NCBI GenBank assembly: GCA_020696385.1
Contig: JAEHCQ010000002.1
Coordinates: 64,001 to 128,000 of the forward strand
Reading direction: 5' to 3'
Length of the DNA: 64,000 bases
DNA from: Methanobacteriota archaeon
Lineage (GTDB): Archaea > Thermoplasmatota > Thermoplasmata > SG8-5 > JAGLSY01
The position numbers and the translations under genes are program-made. Shown in pieces: positions 1 through 9,494 of this stretch. Each line of letters begins with the position of its first letter. Position 1 is the stretch's first letter. The notes below the pieces were generated by a model that searched no databases, was not told where the DNA came from, and worked only from the letters and a program-made list of their open reading frames with translations.

Positions 1-199
1 GGTATGATTCAGGTATCAGCTCCACATTATAGCTCTTCAATATGGGGCCTATCAAAAGACCTATGAATATCAAAATAAGAATATCTGGCACTTTTGTTTT
101 TTCAAAGAGCAGGGAACCTAAGAAGCCTATACAAATGATTGCCCCGATCCCCGCAAAAGCTGTTAAAACGTTGAGTGCCATGACTACCATTTTCCACAT
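1..199 (-). CDS. Cation:proton antiporter (CPA/NhaP-like), N-terminal part; runs off the window edge
   Basis: Manual translation from ATG 199 (or 181): MWKMVVMALNVLTAFAGIGAIICIGFLGSLLFEKTKVPDILILIFIGLLIGP. The ++P.+++L+.+G+++GP pattern is typical of the first helices of CPA antiporters. Confidence 0.7.
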   Translation of the reverse strand, partial: MWKMVVMALNVLTAFAGIGAIICIGFLGSLLFEKTKVPDILILIFIGLLIGPILKSYNVELIPESY

Positions 200-259
200 G
201 GTTGATGAGTTATTAATAATTTCTGTAATTATTACGATTTTTATAGGTATGTGTGTGTT

Positions 260-1081
260 CTATCCCTCAGAATTATAGAGATCGGCAAGCTTAAGCAACA
301 TATCGCCGCGTGTTTCCTTGATGGTGGGTCGGAACTGCCTGGCCACATCCAATTCTGAAAGGTCCACCTCTGCCTCGATGATATCTTCCTCGAACAATGG
401 GCCCTTTGCCAGTACCCCGCCTCTTGGTCCAATCAGGGCATCGCCTCCCCAGAAGACCATATTGTGCTCGGTCCCTACCAGATTGGTGTAGGCGAAGAAT
501 ATCGTATTCTCAATGGCTCTGGCCTCCATGATCTTTTCGAAGAATTCACGGGTTGCCGATGGTGATGCGGATATGCAAACGACCATATCCGCCCCTTTGA
601 GAGCGTAATATTTGGTCAGTTCTGGAAAGAAGATGTCAAAACATATGATGATGGCCACCTTGCCCACGGGTGTATTAAAAATAGGATATACTGGCCCTCC
701 AGGTGCGAAATATGTCTCTTCCTCAAAGGGTCCGAAATTGACAAGGTGGGTTTTTCTTGTCATTGACACCGAGCCGTCAGGTAGAGCGATCAGGGCGGAA
801 TTGTACAGGATACCCTGTTTTTCCATGTCACGTTCCGGCATGCCGACGATTATTGCTTTTTCACTATCACTGGCCATTTGGGATATTGCTTTGACAGATG
901 GGCCTTCGATAGTTTCGGAAAGGGCCATGACCTGATCCTTGATAGTGTATCCGGTCAGGAACATCTCGGGGAAGACCACAAGTTCTGCCTCAGTATTATC
1001 CAGAACTTCCCTCATTTTGTTCAAGTTGGCTTCCTTGTCACCCAGTTTTGATCTCACCTGTGCCAGTGCTATCTTCTTCAT
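260..1081 (-). CDS. Carbon-nitrogen hydrolase (nitrilase superfamily)
   Basis: E-K-C triad motifs VFPEM, RKTHL, ICFDIFFPE; also ARAIEN and N.VG...FWG. Confidence 0.9.
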   Translation of the reverse strand: MKKIALAQVRSKLGDKEANLNKMREVLDNTEAELVVFPEMFLTGYTIKDQVMALSETIEGPSVKAISQMASDSEKAIIVGMPERDMEKQGILYNSALIALPDGSVSMTRKTHLVNFGPFEEETYFAPGGPVYPIFNTPVGKVAIIICFDIFFPELTKYYALKGADMVVCISASPSATREFFEKIMEARAIENTIFFAYTNLVGTEHNMVFWGGDALIGPRGGVLAKGPLFEEDIIEAEVDLSELDVARQFRPTIKETRGDMLLKLADLYNSEG

Positions 1082-2025
1082 GGGGTGAGTAATGCGATTT
1101 TCTTTAATATGTTTTTGTCAATATGCCCCTTCTCTCTGATCTTGACAGCATCCAGAAGCGCATTGTTGAGCTTCGCCTCAATGCCCTTTCCCAGACCCAT
1201 ACGGACTATTACGCCATTTATGTGGTCGATCTCCGTCCTCCGGGTCGCTTCGACATCCTGGAGCATGCTGGACATGTTCTTCGCGGTCCTGCGGGCGATG
1301 TTCAGGGTCATATTGATAATTTCATCCCTGATCAGTTCCATACCAATGGAATTCCCAACACTCACACCCTCAGATACTATCTTTCTCACCAGATCGACAA
1401 GTTCTGGATCTTCCAAAATGGCCCCGTTCGGCTCTCCCAGCAATGCGGTGATGGGGTTGATGGCCGAATTGACAATGGCCTTCGCCCATATCTCCTTCCC
1501 GATATCATCGGAAATAGTGGTGATTATACCACTGGCCGTGAAGATATCGGCCAGTGTTCGTATCTTTTCATCATCATCACATGACAAATGACCGATCACG
1601 GTATCGCCAATACCACCGTGCCTTATCATACCAGGATCCAGTCTCGTGGCTCCATGGCTGGTGATCCCGCCAATTATGTTCGTGTCCGGGACATATTTCT
1701 GTATGGTCTCCACATTGCCCAAACCATTCTGAAAAGTCATTATCCGAGTGTCCTGGCCGATCACAGGAAGACATTGTTCAATGGCTTCCTCTGTGTCATA
1801 AGCCTTGACAGCCAGTATCACGATGTCCGGTATACTGGTCTTATCAATGTCCTCGATATTCATAACACATCTGGGCCATGCATGAAGTAATGTAGCTCCC
1901 TCGATCTTGAGGCCATTGTCACGCATGGCCTTAATATGCTGACCTCTTCCGACAAGAGTTACCTCATTATGACTGGACAGAAGGCCTCCGAATAAACTGC
2001 CCAGAGCTCCAGCTCCCATTATCAT
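1078..2025 (-). CDS. panE: 2-dehydropantoate (ketopantoate) 2-reductase
   Basis: GAGALG, AVKAYD, FQNGLG, SSMLQD..RRTEIDHING motifs. ATGA overlap with the nitrilase gene. True start may be CTG at 2034. Confidence 0.9.
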   Translation of the reverse strand: MIMGAGALGSLFGGLLSSHNEVTLVGRGQHIKAMRDNGLKIEGATLLHAWPRCVMNIEDIDKTSIPDIVILAVKAYDTEEAIEQCLPVIGQDTRIMTFQNGLGNVETIQKYVPDTNIIGGITSHGATRLDPGMIRHGGIGDTVIGHLSCDDDEKIRTLADIFTASGIITTISDDIGKEIWAKAIVNSAINPITALLGEPNGAILEDPELVDLVRKIVSEGVSVGNSIGMELIRDEIINMTLNIARRTAKNMSSMLQDVEATRRTEIDHINGVIVRMGLGKGIEAKLNNALLDAVKIREKGHIDKNILKKIALLTP

Positions 2026-2067
2026 TATATTCAGTCGAAGGCCTCCATTGACATTGGCTCCTTTGGA

Positions 2068-3624
2068 CTAGCCAGATACTGAAGGCACATTGTCATCATA
2101 TCCCTGCATGTGTACCACACGCTGTGGGAATGGGATGTCAATTCCTTCTTCGCAGTATCTTCTGAAGATCTCCTCTCTCATCTCGCCACCAACTCTCCAT
2201 TGATCATCCAAGTGGAAGACCCAGGTGTAAAGTTTGAGGTTTATGGCTGAATCTCCAAATTCTACAAGTCTGACAAATGGTGCACTGCCTTCCTCCTGCA
2301 TGACGTCCTTATGTGCAGTAGCCACTTCCAGCATTATGGCCTTCGCCTTGTGGATATCGGCCTTGTAATCGATGCCGATGGTCACCTTGACCTTCATCTT
2401 GTTATCTGGCTCAGTTAAGTTGATGACTTTCTCATTGGCGATCTTGCTGTTGGGCAGGATGATCATATCATGATCGAAGGTATTGTAGAGCTTGGTGCTC
2501 CTCATACCGATATTCTCCACACGGCAGTAATCTCCATTCTCCATAAGGACCAGGTCGCCCACCTTGAAGGGGCGGTCGGTCAGCAGGAACATACCGGATA
2601 TGAAATTGCCCAGTGTGTCCTGAGCCGCGAAAGCGATGACCAATCCCATGATCCCCATTCCAGCAACCAGCATGGTTGGGTCTATTCCGAATAGATTGAG
2701 GACAGCGATCGTCGCGACCATGAATATGACGATCATCCCTACTTTTTCAAACAAAGGCAGGGCGACATCATCCATCGTGGTCTCGCTCTTCTCCGCATAG
2801 GACTTGCCCCATATCAGAAGAACATCCTGGAATATCTTGTAAACCATCCAGGATCCCAGTAATATGACCATTAAGGTGAACAGAGTCTCAAATATGTTCA
2901 AGTAAGACCAGGGGATATCCAATACCCTGAGTGAGTGGATGAAACCAAAGGACACGATCAAGTAGAATACTGGGCCTTTGACTATGGCCAGTATAAGATC
3001 GTCAATCTCTGTCTTTGTCTTTTTTGTGAAGTGTTTGACAACTGGATCCAATACAAAGAAAATGATAGCTCCTACCAGTATCCAAATGCCGACCGTGATT
3101 AAGAAAACACCCCATTCATTATCAAGTTGCTCGACAGCAGCCAGGTAATTTGGTATCATGTCAAAGGCCTTGGTTGGAGGGATGTACGCTCCGCCGGATA
3201 CAGTGGTCGTCGTGGTCCCTATATCTCTATTCCAGATATCCTCGGTCACAACATCCGTCACCATGGAATCCACTGTTATCTCGTGAGTTGGATAATCCCT
3301 TGATGCCGGAGCCGATACAATGAGCTCGATAGTGTAGAATTCACCAGGTTCCAACATTAGATATGAGTCGGTGAACTCCGCTTCCCAGCCATATTGCTCG
3401 GCCGGATCATTGAGGAATATCATATTGGGATCTGTTCCATTATTGTACAGTCCCCATCGATAGGTCACGGTCTCTGTCATCTCCACACTCTTTTCATAAT
3501 CATCCAGTGGGAAAACATGGATATCGCCCTCGGCTGCCTGGGCATTGCCAGATAGAAGGGGTACCATTATCATTGATATGACAGCGATCAATAGCAGAGC
3601 AGAGGTGAATTGCCTATTTTTCAT
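2068..3624 (-). CDS. MscS-family mechanosensitive channel with signal peptide and extracellular beta-rich N-terminal domain
   Basis: AFAAQDTLGNFISG, DRPFKVGD, IGMRST, EFGDSAINL, IDIPFPQR; N-terminal signal peptide ending AQA. Confidence 0.9.
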   Translation of the reverse strand: MKNRQFTSALLLIAVISMIMVPLLSGNAQAAEGDIHVFPLDDYEKSVEMTETVTYRWGLYNNGTDPNMIFLNDPAEQYGWEAEFTDSYLMLEPGEFYTIELIVSAPASRDYPTHEITVDSMVTDVVTEDIWNRDIGTTTTTVSGGAYIPPTKAFDMIPNYLAAVEQLDNEWGVFLITVGIWILVGAIIFFVLDPVVKHFTKKTKTEIDDLILAIVKGPVFYLIVSFGFIHSLRVLDIPWSYLNIFETLFTLMVILLGSWMVYKIFQDVLLIWGKSYAEKSETTMDDVALPLFEKVGMIVIFMVATIAVLNLFGIDPTMLVAGMGIMGLVIAFAAQDTLGNFISGMFLLTDRPFKVGDLVLMENGDYCRVENIGMRSTKLYNTFDHDMIILPNSKIANEKVINLTEPDNKMKVKVTIGIDYKADIHKAKAIMLEVATAHKDVMQEEGSAPFVRLVEFGDSAINLKLYTWVFHLDDQWRVGGEMREEIFRRYCEEGIDIPFPQRVVHMQGYDDNVPSVSG

Positions 3625-3755
3625 CTTATATCCTCCAAATTCATCTCTTGAACTAATACCTACCTTATAAAACTTGTTTTATGTTTCTAATAGTTATATG
3701 CATTTGAACATTTGAAGGGTGTATTATTTAATGCATCGATACTATCCATATATCG

Positions 3756-4808
3756 ATGCTTGAAAGACCCAGCATGGAATATAATGAGGGTTATCCATAT
3801 CTAAATGGGAAGCCAAAAAGCCTGTTCGATGAAGTCCATGACATCTTTAAAGATCTGTCATGGTTTTCCACTTTCCCACTGTATCTGGCCATGCTGATAT
3901 TCAGCTGGATCCTACTCATATACCAAACACCGGAAGTGCTTGACTGGGGTGGAGCTGGAGGACAGGGTGGGATCTACATCACCCTGGTGCCTTGGCCTAT
4001 GGGATTTTACATCACTGGCATCTCTTTCCAGATATGGTTCATTGGCATAGTTGCCACAGTGACCCTCGTCATCTTTTACGGGCTATACGATCTCTACAAA
4101 GAAAGCAAGATGCCGAACTTCGGGCCCTCATCGAAAAGGGTCAGTGATCTGGATCTCACTGCCAGATTCTTCTTCGCTTCCATGTTCTTCGTATATGGGT
4201 ATTACATAATGCTCGATATGCTGGGCATCAATCCAGTGGTTCCGGATTTTGGCTCAATGCCGATCGGACAAATGATATTCGGCATCGTGAATGCGACCAT
4301 CAATGAAGAGCTCATATCGAGAGTGATGCTGATCGGAATACCTCTCATGATCATGCATACCTGGAACATCGGTCCAAGAATAGCCGAGTCTAAAGGCGGG
4401 AATGATATCAAGACCAAGATCAAGCTGTTGATGGGGGGTGATATCCCCATCAATTATGCCACCATCATCCTGATTATCTTATCTTCCGTGATATTCGCCG
4501 CTGCTCATGTCATCGGAAGCTGGGACATGTACAAATTCCTGCCAACACTCGTAAGCGGCATGATGCTGGGATACCTATATGTGAAAAGAGGATTGCACAC
4601 ATCCATACTCTTCCACTTCTCGACAAATTTCATATTCTTCTCAGCCCAATTATGGCAGGGTGATATGACCATTCTTATCATCACTGGTGTCACATTATTG
4701 CTCTGGATGATAGTGGGCGGATACCACATGTTGATGATCCTCTATTCTATCGCCAAATATTTCGATGAGGTTCTTTCCGCAAGTGGTCCGAGCAATAGGC
4801 GATATTGA
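3756..4808 (+). CDS. CPBP (CAAX/Abi-type) intramembrane glutamic metalloprotease
   Basis: EELISR, FAAAH and H...N (LFHFSTN) motifs in a polytopic membrane protein. Confidence 0.85.
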   Translation: MLERPSMEYNEGYPYLNGKPKSLFDEVHDIFKDLSWFSTFPLYLAMLIFSWILLIYQTPEVLDWGGAGGQGGIYITLVPWPMGFYITGISFQIWFIGIVATVTLVIFYGLYDLYKESKMPNFGPSSKRVSDLDLTARFFFASMFFVYGYYIMLDMLGINPVVPDFGSMPIGQMIFGIVNATINEELISRVMLIGIPLMIMHTWNIGPRIAESKGGNDIKTKIKLLMGGDIPINYATIILIILSSVIFAAAHVIGSWDMYKFLPTLVSGMMLGYLYVKRGLHTSILFHFSTNFIFFSAQLWQGDMTILIITGVTLLLWMIVGGYHMLMILYSIAKYFDEVLSASGPSNRRY

Positions 4809-4857
4809 TTATCTGGCAGATCATTGATCGATGTAAAATATCCAATGAGGGAAAGCT

Positions 4858-5607
4858 CTACAGGCCATGCAGATGATCCCGTCCAGATATCGCATCTTCC
4901 AGGGAACGTGATTCTATTATGAAATTGCCCTCATGGTCTGCCAATCCATCCATCACCATCTTGAAATCGATATCGCCAGCTCCCAGGGACATGTGTTTGT
5001 CCCCATCTCCAACATTGTCGCTGAGATGGATATTTGAAAAGCCGGGCTTCACTTGAAGGAACTCCGGTATCTGGCCACTAAGATTCGCATGCCCGACATC
5101 GAAGCACATTCCTATATCCAGGCCATCGACCATTTCCCGAAGCTCGGATGCTTTGTGACATATGGTGTATTTCATGGGAGGCATATTTTCCAGAGCCAGT
5201 GTGGTTGAGAATTCCGCACAGCCCTTTGATAGAGTCTCCAGGCTTTCACGTGTAAGCCTGGGTACGCGGTCCTTGCCATACCACTGGATCGGCCCCAGCT
5301 TGCCAGGATGGACAGTGACAATGTCTATTCCCAGATCATTTGCCAGTTCCATGATTTCCATGATCACGCCTATGGAATATTTTCTTGTTCTCTCATCGAA
5401 GGCAGCTAGATTGATATCACTGAAAGGAGCGTGGATTTGGAATCTCATCGAGCTGATATCCATGATATCCTTCAGGTCTTTGTGAATATCAGGCAAAAAA
5501 TGATCAGCCTCTGACACTATCTCCCATAGGTCGAAATGTGGCTCTATAGACTCAAGCATATCCTCGAAAGGACTGAGGGAGAACAAGGGACATGAGATGC
5601 CTATCAT
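4858..5607 (-). CDS. Sugar phosphate isomerase/epimerase (AP endonuclease 2 / xylose isomerase-like TIM barrel)
   Basis: HAPFSDINLA, VHPG, LENM, FDVGHA, IHLSDN.G..D.H motifs. Start moved to the ATG at 5607. Confidence 0.85.
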   Translation of the reverse strand: MIGISCPLFSLSPFEDMLESIEPHFDLWEIVSEADHFLPDIHKDLKDIMDISSMRFQIHAPFSDINLAAFDERTRKYSIGVIMEIMELANDLGIDIVTVHPGKLGPIQWYGKDRVPRLTRESLETLSKGCAEFSTTLALENMPPMKYTICHKASELREMVDGLDIGMCFDVGHANLSGQIPEFLQVKPGFSNIHLSDNVGDGDKHMSLGAGDIDFKMVMDGLADHEGNFIIESRSLEDAISGRDHLHGL

Positions 5608-5608
5608 T

Positions 5609-6016
5609 TCAATCCCCCAGACCCTTGTCCTTATTTTTGATGTTATTATCAATCTTATTTGTTGGGAGAATGGAATCCAACATCGCCTCTGGGTCATCGA
5701 TCTCGATAATCACTTTAATATCTCCCAATACTGAATTTCCATCCACGAAATTCACTTTGGAGACATAGGCCACTTGTTTGTTCAAAAAGAATTTTATCTT
5801 ATTTTTGAACGATCCCTTGTGCAACACCTGCCTGGCTGTATCCCTGATCCTTTGTTGGTTGATCATTTTGAGGAGAACGTCAATATTGGGTGAAACTCCG
5901 TTAATAATATCATCTTCTACCTCGAGCTTCGCCTCGGGAAAGATGTTCATTATCGCCTGGACAACCTTCTCATGATCCTCGGTCTTGCCATAAATGGATG
6001 ATACAAGGCATTTCAT
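5609..6016 (-). CDS. DUF54/UPF0201 archaeal RNA-binding protein
   Basis: TED.EKV..AI.NIFP, QRIRDTAR, LNKQVAY motifs. Confidence 0.85.
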   Translation of the reverse strand: MKCLVSSIYGKTEDHEKVVQAIMNIFPEAKLEVEDDIINGVSPNIDVLLKMINQQRIRDTARQVLHKGSFKNKIKFFLNKQVAYVSKVNFVDGNSVLGDIKVIIEIDDPEAMLDSILPTNKIDNNIKNKDKGLGD

Positions 6017-6109
6017 AAACCACCATAAGAAAGATTATGATTAAAAGATTTCTGAATTTCAAATTGTATAGAACACATACTGGAATATATTAACCAGTGA
6101 AAGTCAAAT

Positions 6110-7063
6110 TCAAGACTCGGATTCCTCAATATTGGATCTAACCGCGTGGCGAACTGCAGCCTCGGAATTATGGCTGGATGACCATCCCAGGCCGGCGATC
6201 TTATCAACGGATAGCCGCATTCTCGGAACATCGCCTTTCCATCCAATTTTTCCCCCTGTGTATGTGAATTCAGTATCTTTTAGACCGAGTTCCTCCACAA
6301 CGATCTCCGCGATGCGCGTGACATCGACCCAGTCCGAGCTGGCAAGGTTGAACACATTGGCCATGTCATCGGATCCTTTTATCCCGAAAAGTATCGCATC
6401 GGCGCATTCTCCAACGAGCAAATAGGATTTACTCTGAGTCCCATCTCCAAGTATCTCCATACTCTTCGGATCCTTCTTGAGCTTGGCAATGAAATCGATT
6501 ATCACGCCATGGGTGGCTCTTTCCCCGATTATATTGGCAAATCGGAATATCCAAATCTGCATATCGAAGGAGCTGGCATAGGCTGATATCAAACCCTCGC
6601 ATGCCAGTTTTGAAGCTCCATAAAGCGATATGGGAAGCATTGGACCATAATCTTCTGGAACAGCAAATCCATCCTGTTCTCCATAAACTGTCTGGCTGGA
6701 TGAGAAAGCTATCTTCCGCACACCCGCCTGCCTCATGGCATCCAGCACATTGTAAGTGGCGATCGTCCCCTGCTGGAGATCGTAATCCGTGTTCAATGTA
6801 CCATGACGAACATCTGGATTGGATGCCAGATGTATGACAAAATCTATGCCATCCATGGCCTTTATCAGGGATGGGAGATCCAGTGTATCGGCCTCTATGA
6901 CCTTGAAACCTTCCTTTCCTTCATGGTGAGAGATGAATTCCCTCCTACCACTACTGAAGTTATCGTAAATGGTCACCTGGTTGTTCACCTGGTCATTTTC
7001 CATCAGTCTATCGACGATGTGGCTGCCTATGAAGCCTGCGCCTCCTGTTACAAGATAATGCAT
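6110..7063 (-). CDS. NAD-dependent epimerase/dehydratase (UDP-glucose 4-epimerase-like)
   Basis: VTGGAGFIGSH, SS..VYG, YGASK, FRFANIIG. Confidence 0.9.
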   Translation of the reverse strand: MHYLVTGGAGFIGSHIVDRLMENDQVNNQVTIYDNFSSGRREFISHHEGKEGFKVIEADTLDLPSLIKAMDGIDFVIHLASNPDVRHGTLNTDYDLQQGTIATYNVLDAMRQAGVRKIAFSSSQTVYGEQDGFAVPEDYGPMLPISLYGASKLACEGLISAYASSFDMQIWIFRFANIIGERATHGVIIDFIAKLKKDPKSMEILGDGTQSKSYLLVGECADAILFGIKGSDDMANVFNLASSDWVDVTRIAEIVVEELGLKDTEFTYTGGKIGWKGDVPRMRLSVDKIAGLGWSSSHNSEAAVRHAVRSNIEESES

Positions 7064-7175
7064 ATGGCAGATTGATGAACGAAATCGTATTTAATGATTA
7101 TCTATCATCATGAGCCTAGGATCGATGTGTCACTATCACCAAAATAGTTAAATGGGGTTCGCTTTTGCGTCACCT

Positions 7176-8348
7176 ATGAATATTCTCATCATTCCGACCA
7201 CGGATTGGCTTTGCCATCCAACACCACACAGGCATCATTATCTGGCTGAATTCATGACCGATAATAATGAAGTTCATGTTTTGTATTTTGATATATTCAG
7301 AGGTGAAAAAACATGGAATACAAAAGCAAAGCTGATTCCGGCAGGGGGATTGTCATTTGACAACCTTCTTTTGTATTACTCGATTAATGCTCCGATCCAT
7401 TACTTAACCTTGAGAAAATTCATTAAAAATAATAATATAGATGTTATCTATGGGGCACATCCTGTTTCCAATCTTCTGGCTCTCAAAATCGCAAAGAATA
7501 TGAAAAAGAAGCAAAGACCCCTTTGTGTGTTTGATTTCAATGATTTCTTCCCAGAAGGGGCTTCATTATATTACTCAAATAAGCTCCTTCGGAAGACAAT
7601 TAAAACCGTGGCAGAAAAGTTCCTTGTAAAGAATCTGAGAGACTCAGATATTGTAGTTACAGTGTCCTCTATAATGAAGGAATATGCAGAAGAAAAAGGT
7701 GCAAATGAGGTTCACCTTGTAACCAATGGAGTAGACCTAAAGCGGTTCAAACCGGAAGAACCAGATAAGATATTGAAGAAAAAATATCGACTTGGAGACA
7801 ATGTAATTGGTTTCATTGGAACCATGGAGCGCTGGTTTGACATTGAAATGCTGCTTAATGCTCTTAAAAAAATTCATTCTCATATTCCAGATGCACAATT
7901 ATTGCTTGTAGGGGGAAGTATAAAGACCGATTATCTGGACCAATTAAAAAAGCGAGCTGGGACTTTAGGAATATCTGACTCGGTCATTTTCACAGGCATA
8001 GTACCATATGATGAGGTTTCAAAATATATCAACCTCATGTCAGTGGGGGTCATCCCGCCAATCTCAAAGGATCTTTTTATGGGGAAGATAGCACTACCCA
8101 ACAAACTATTTCAGTATTCTGCCTGTGGGAAACCGATATTGACCTACCCTATGCCCGAGATAATGAATGTAGGGGGCAGTGCGATTGAAACATTCGAGGA
8201 TGAAAAACAATTTGTCCAAAAATGTGTTAATATACTGAATGAGGGGGAAGAGAACAAAGAGGGGCTGGAACTGGCTGAGAATTTTGACTGGAGAAACCAA
8301 TGTAATAAGCTTATAGAAATATTCCAGGCGAGGCCATTGGAGGAATGA
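7176..8348 (+). CDS. Glycosyltransferase family 4
   Basis: VTNGVDL, FIGTM, FTGIVPYDEV, LPNKLFQYSACGKPI. Confidence 0.85.
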   Translation: MNILIIPTTDWLCHPTPHRHHYLAEFMTDNNEVHVLYFDIFRGEKTWNTKAKLIPAGGLSFDNLLLYYSINAPIHYLTLRKFIKNNNIDVIYGAHPVSNLLALKIAKNMKKKQRPLCVFDFNDFFPEGASLYYSNKLLRKTIKTVAEKFLVKNLRDSDIVVTVSSIMKEYAEEKGANEVHLVTNGVDLKRFKPEEPDKILKKKYRLGDNVIGFIGTMERWFDIEMLLNALKKIHSHIPDAQLLLVGGSIKTDYLDQLKKRAGTLGISDSVIFTGIVPYDEVSKYINLMSVGVIPPISKDLFMGKIALPNKLFQYSACGKPILTYPMPEIMNVGGSAIETFEDEKQFVQKCVNILNEGEENKEGLELAENFDWRNQCNKLIEIFQARPLEE

Positions 8349-9478
8349 GAATGAGCAGGATCATCATGCTATTGTTCAATAATTATTCTCCAGATCCTAG
8401 AGTGAAACAGGAGGCTGATACCCTTGCCTCTGCAGGGCATGAGGTTATGATATTCTCCTGGAAAAGGAATGCGGGATCCACAGCATTTAAGGAGAAAAAA
8501 TTCAGAGTCATAAATACAGGACCACATTTGCCAGATGATTTCAGTACTAAAGATGCTTTATCTCAAGCTATCATCAAGCTATATTCAGTTTGCAGATTTT
8601 CATCCAAAACATTCTTCAGTACAATAAAAAATAAAATGGATATAGTCCATGCACATGACTTGGACATGCTACCATTGGGAGTTTTAATATCAAAGATCAA
8701 GGGCATCCCAGTAGTATATGATTCCCATGAAATCTACCCACAGATGGTTGCCAGAGACATGAAATGTGCCGTCAAGCCTCTGAAATTTGTTGAGAAATTC
8801 TTAATAAAGTATGTCACCCGGATAATCACTGTAACAAAATATCACAAAGAATATTTTGAAAATATGGGTGCCAGTAATATCATTGTAGTCACCAATTGCA
8901 AAACAATCAAATCCACCAAATATGATCCACCACACAATGAGAAGTTCACTCTGATTTACATTGGTGGATTCAACAGAACCAGGTTCCTCCATGAGGCCAT
9001 AGAAGTATGTGGAAATATCGACGGTATCGAATTCAAGATCGCCGGGTATGGTCAAAACGCTAAGGAATTGGAAAAAGAAGCGAGCGAGGCTCCCATGAGG
9101 AATGTGATATATTTAGGAAGGATACCTGGGGAGGAAGTAATTGCAATGACTGGTGAAGCAGATGCAGTGATGTGCATGCTTGATCCGAAAAATTACAATA
9201 ATCGCGTTGGACCACCAAATAAGATCTTCGAAGCTATGGTTTCCGGAAGGCCCATCATAGCGACAAAAGGTACTTTCAGCGGTGAAGTTGTGGAGAAAGA
9301 GCGAATTGGACTGGCTGTTAATTTCACAAAGGATGATTTCAGGAATGCTGTGATACAATTAAGAGATGACCGAGACTTAAGGAGAGATCTAGGCATGAGA
9401 TCGTTGGAGACAGCCTTGACCAAGTACAATTGGAATCAAGAAGGTGAGAAACTCTTAGCCACATACAATAAACTGTAA
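8345..9478 (+). CDS. Glycosyltransferase family 4
   Basis: DPRVKQEA, VHAHDL, VYDSHE, PNKIFEAMVSGRPII. ATGA-coupled to the upstream GT. Confidence 0.9.
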   Translation: MRMSRIIMLLFNNYSPDPRVKQEADTLASAGHEVMIFSWKRNAGSTAFKEKKFRVINTGPHLPDDFSTKDALSQAIIKLYSVCRFSSKTFFSTIKNKMDIVHAHDLDMLPLGVLISKIKGIPVVYDSHEIYPQMVARDMKCAVKPLKFVEKFLIKYVTRIITVTKYHKEYFENMGASNIIVVTNCKTIKSTKYDPPHNEKFTLIYIGGFNRTRFLHEAIEVCGNIDGIEFKIAGYGQNAKELEKEASEAPMRNVIYLGRIPGEEVIAMTGEADAVMCMLDPKNYNNRVGPPNKIFEAMVSGRPIIATKGTFSGEVVEKERIGLAVNFTKDDFRNAVIQLRDDRDLRRDLGMRSLETALTKYNWNQEGEKLLATYNKL

Positions 9479-9494
9479 GATTTTCGAATTGTTT

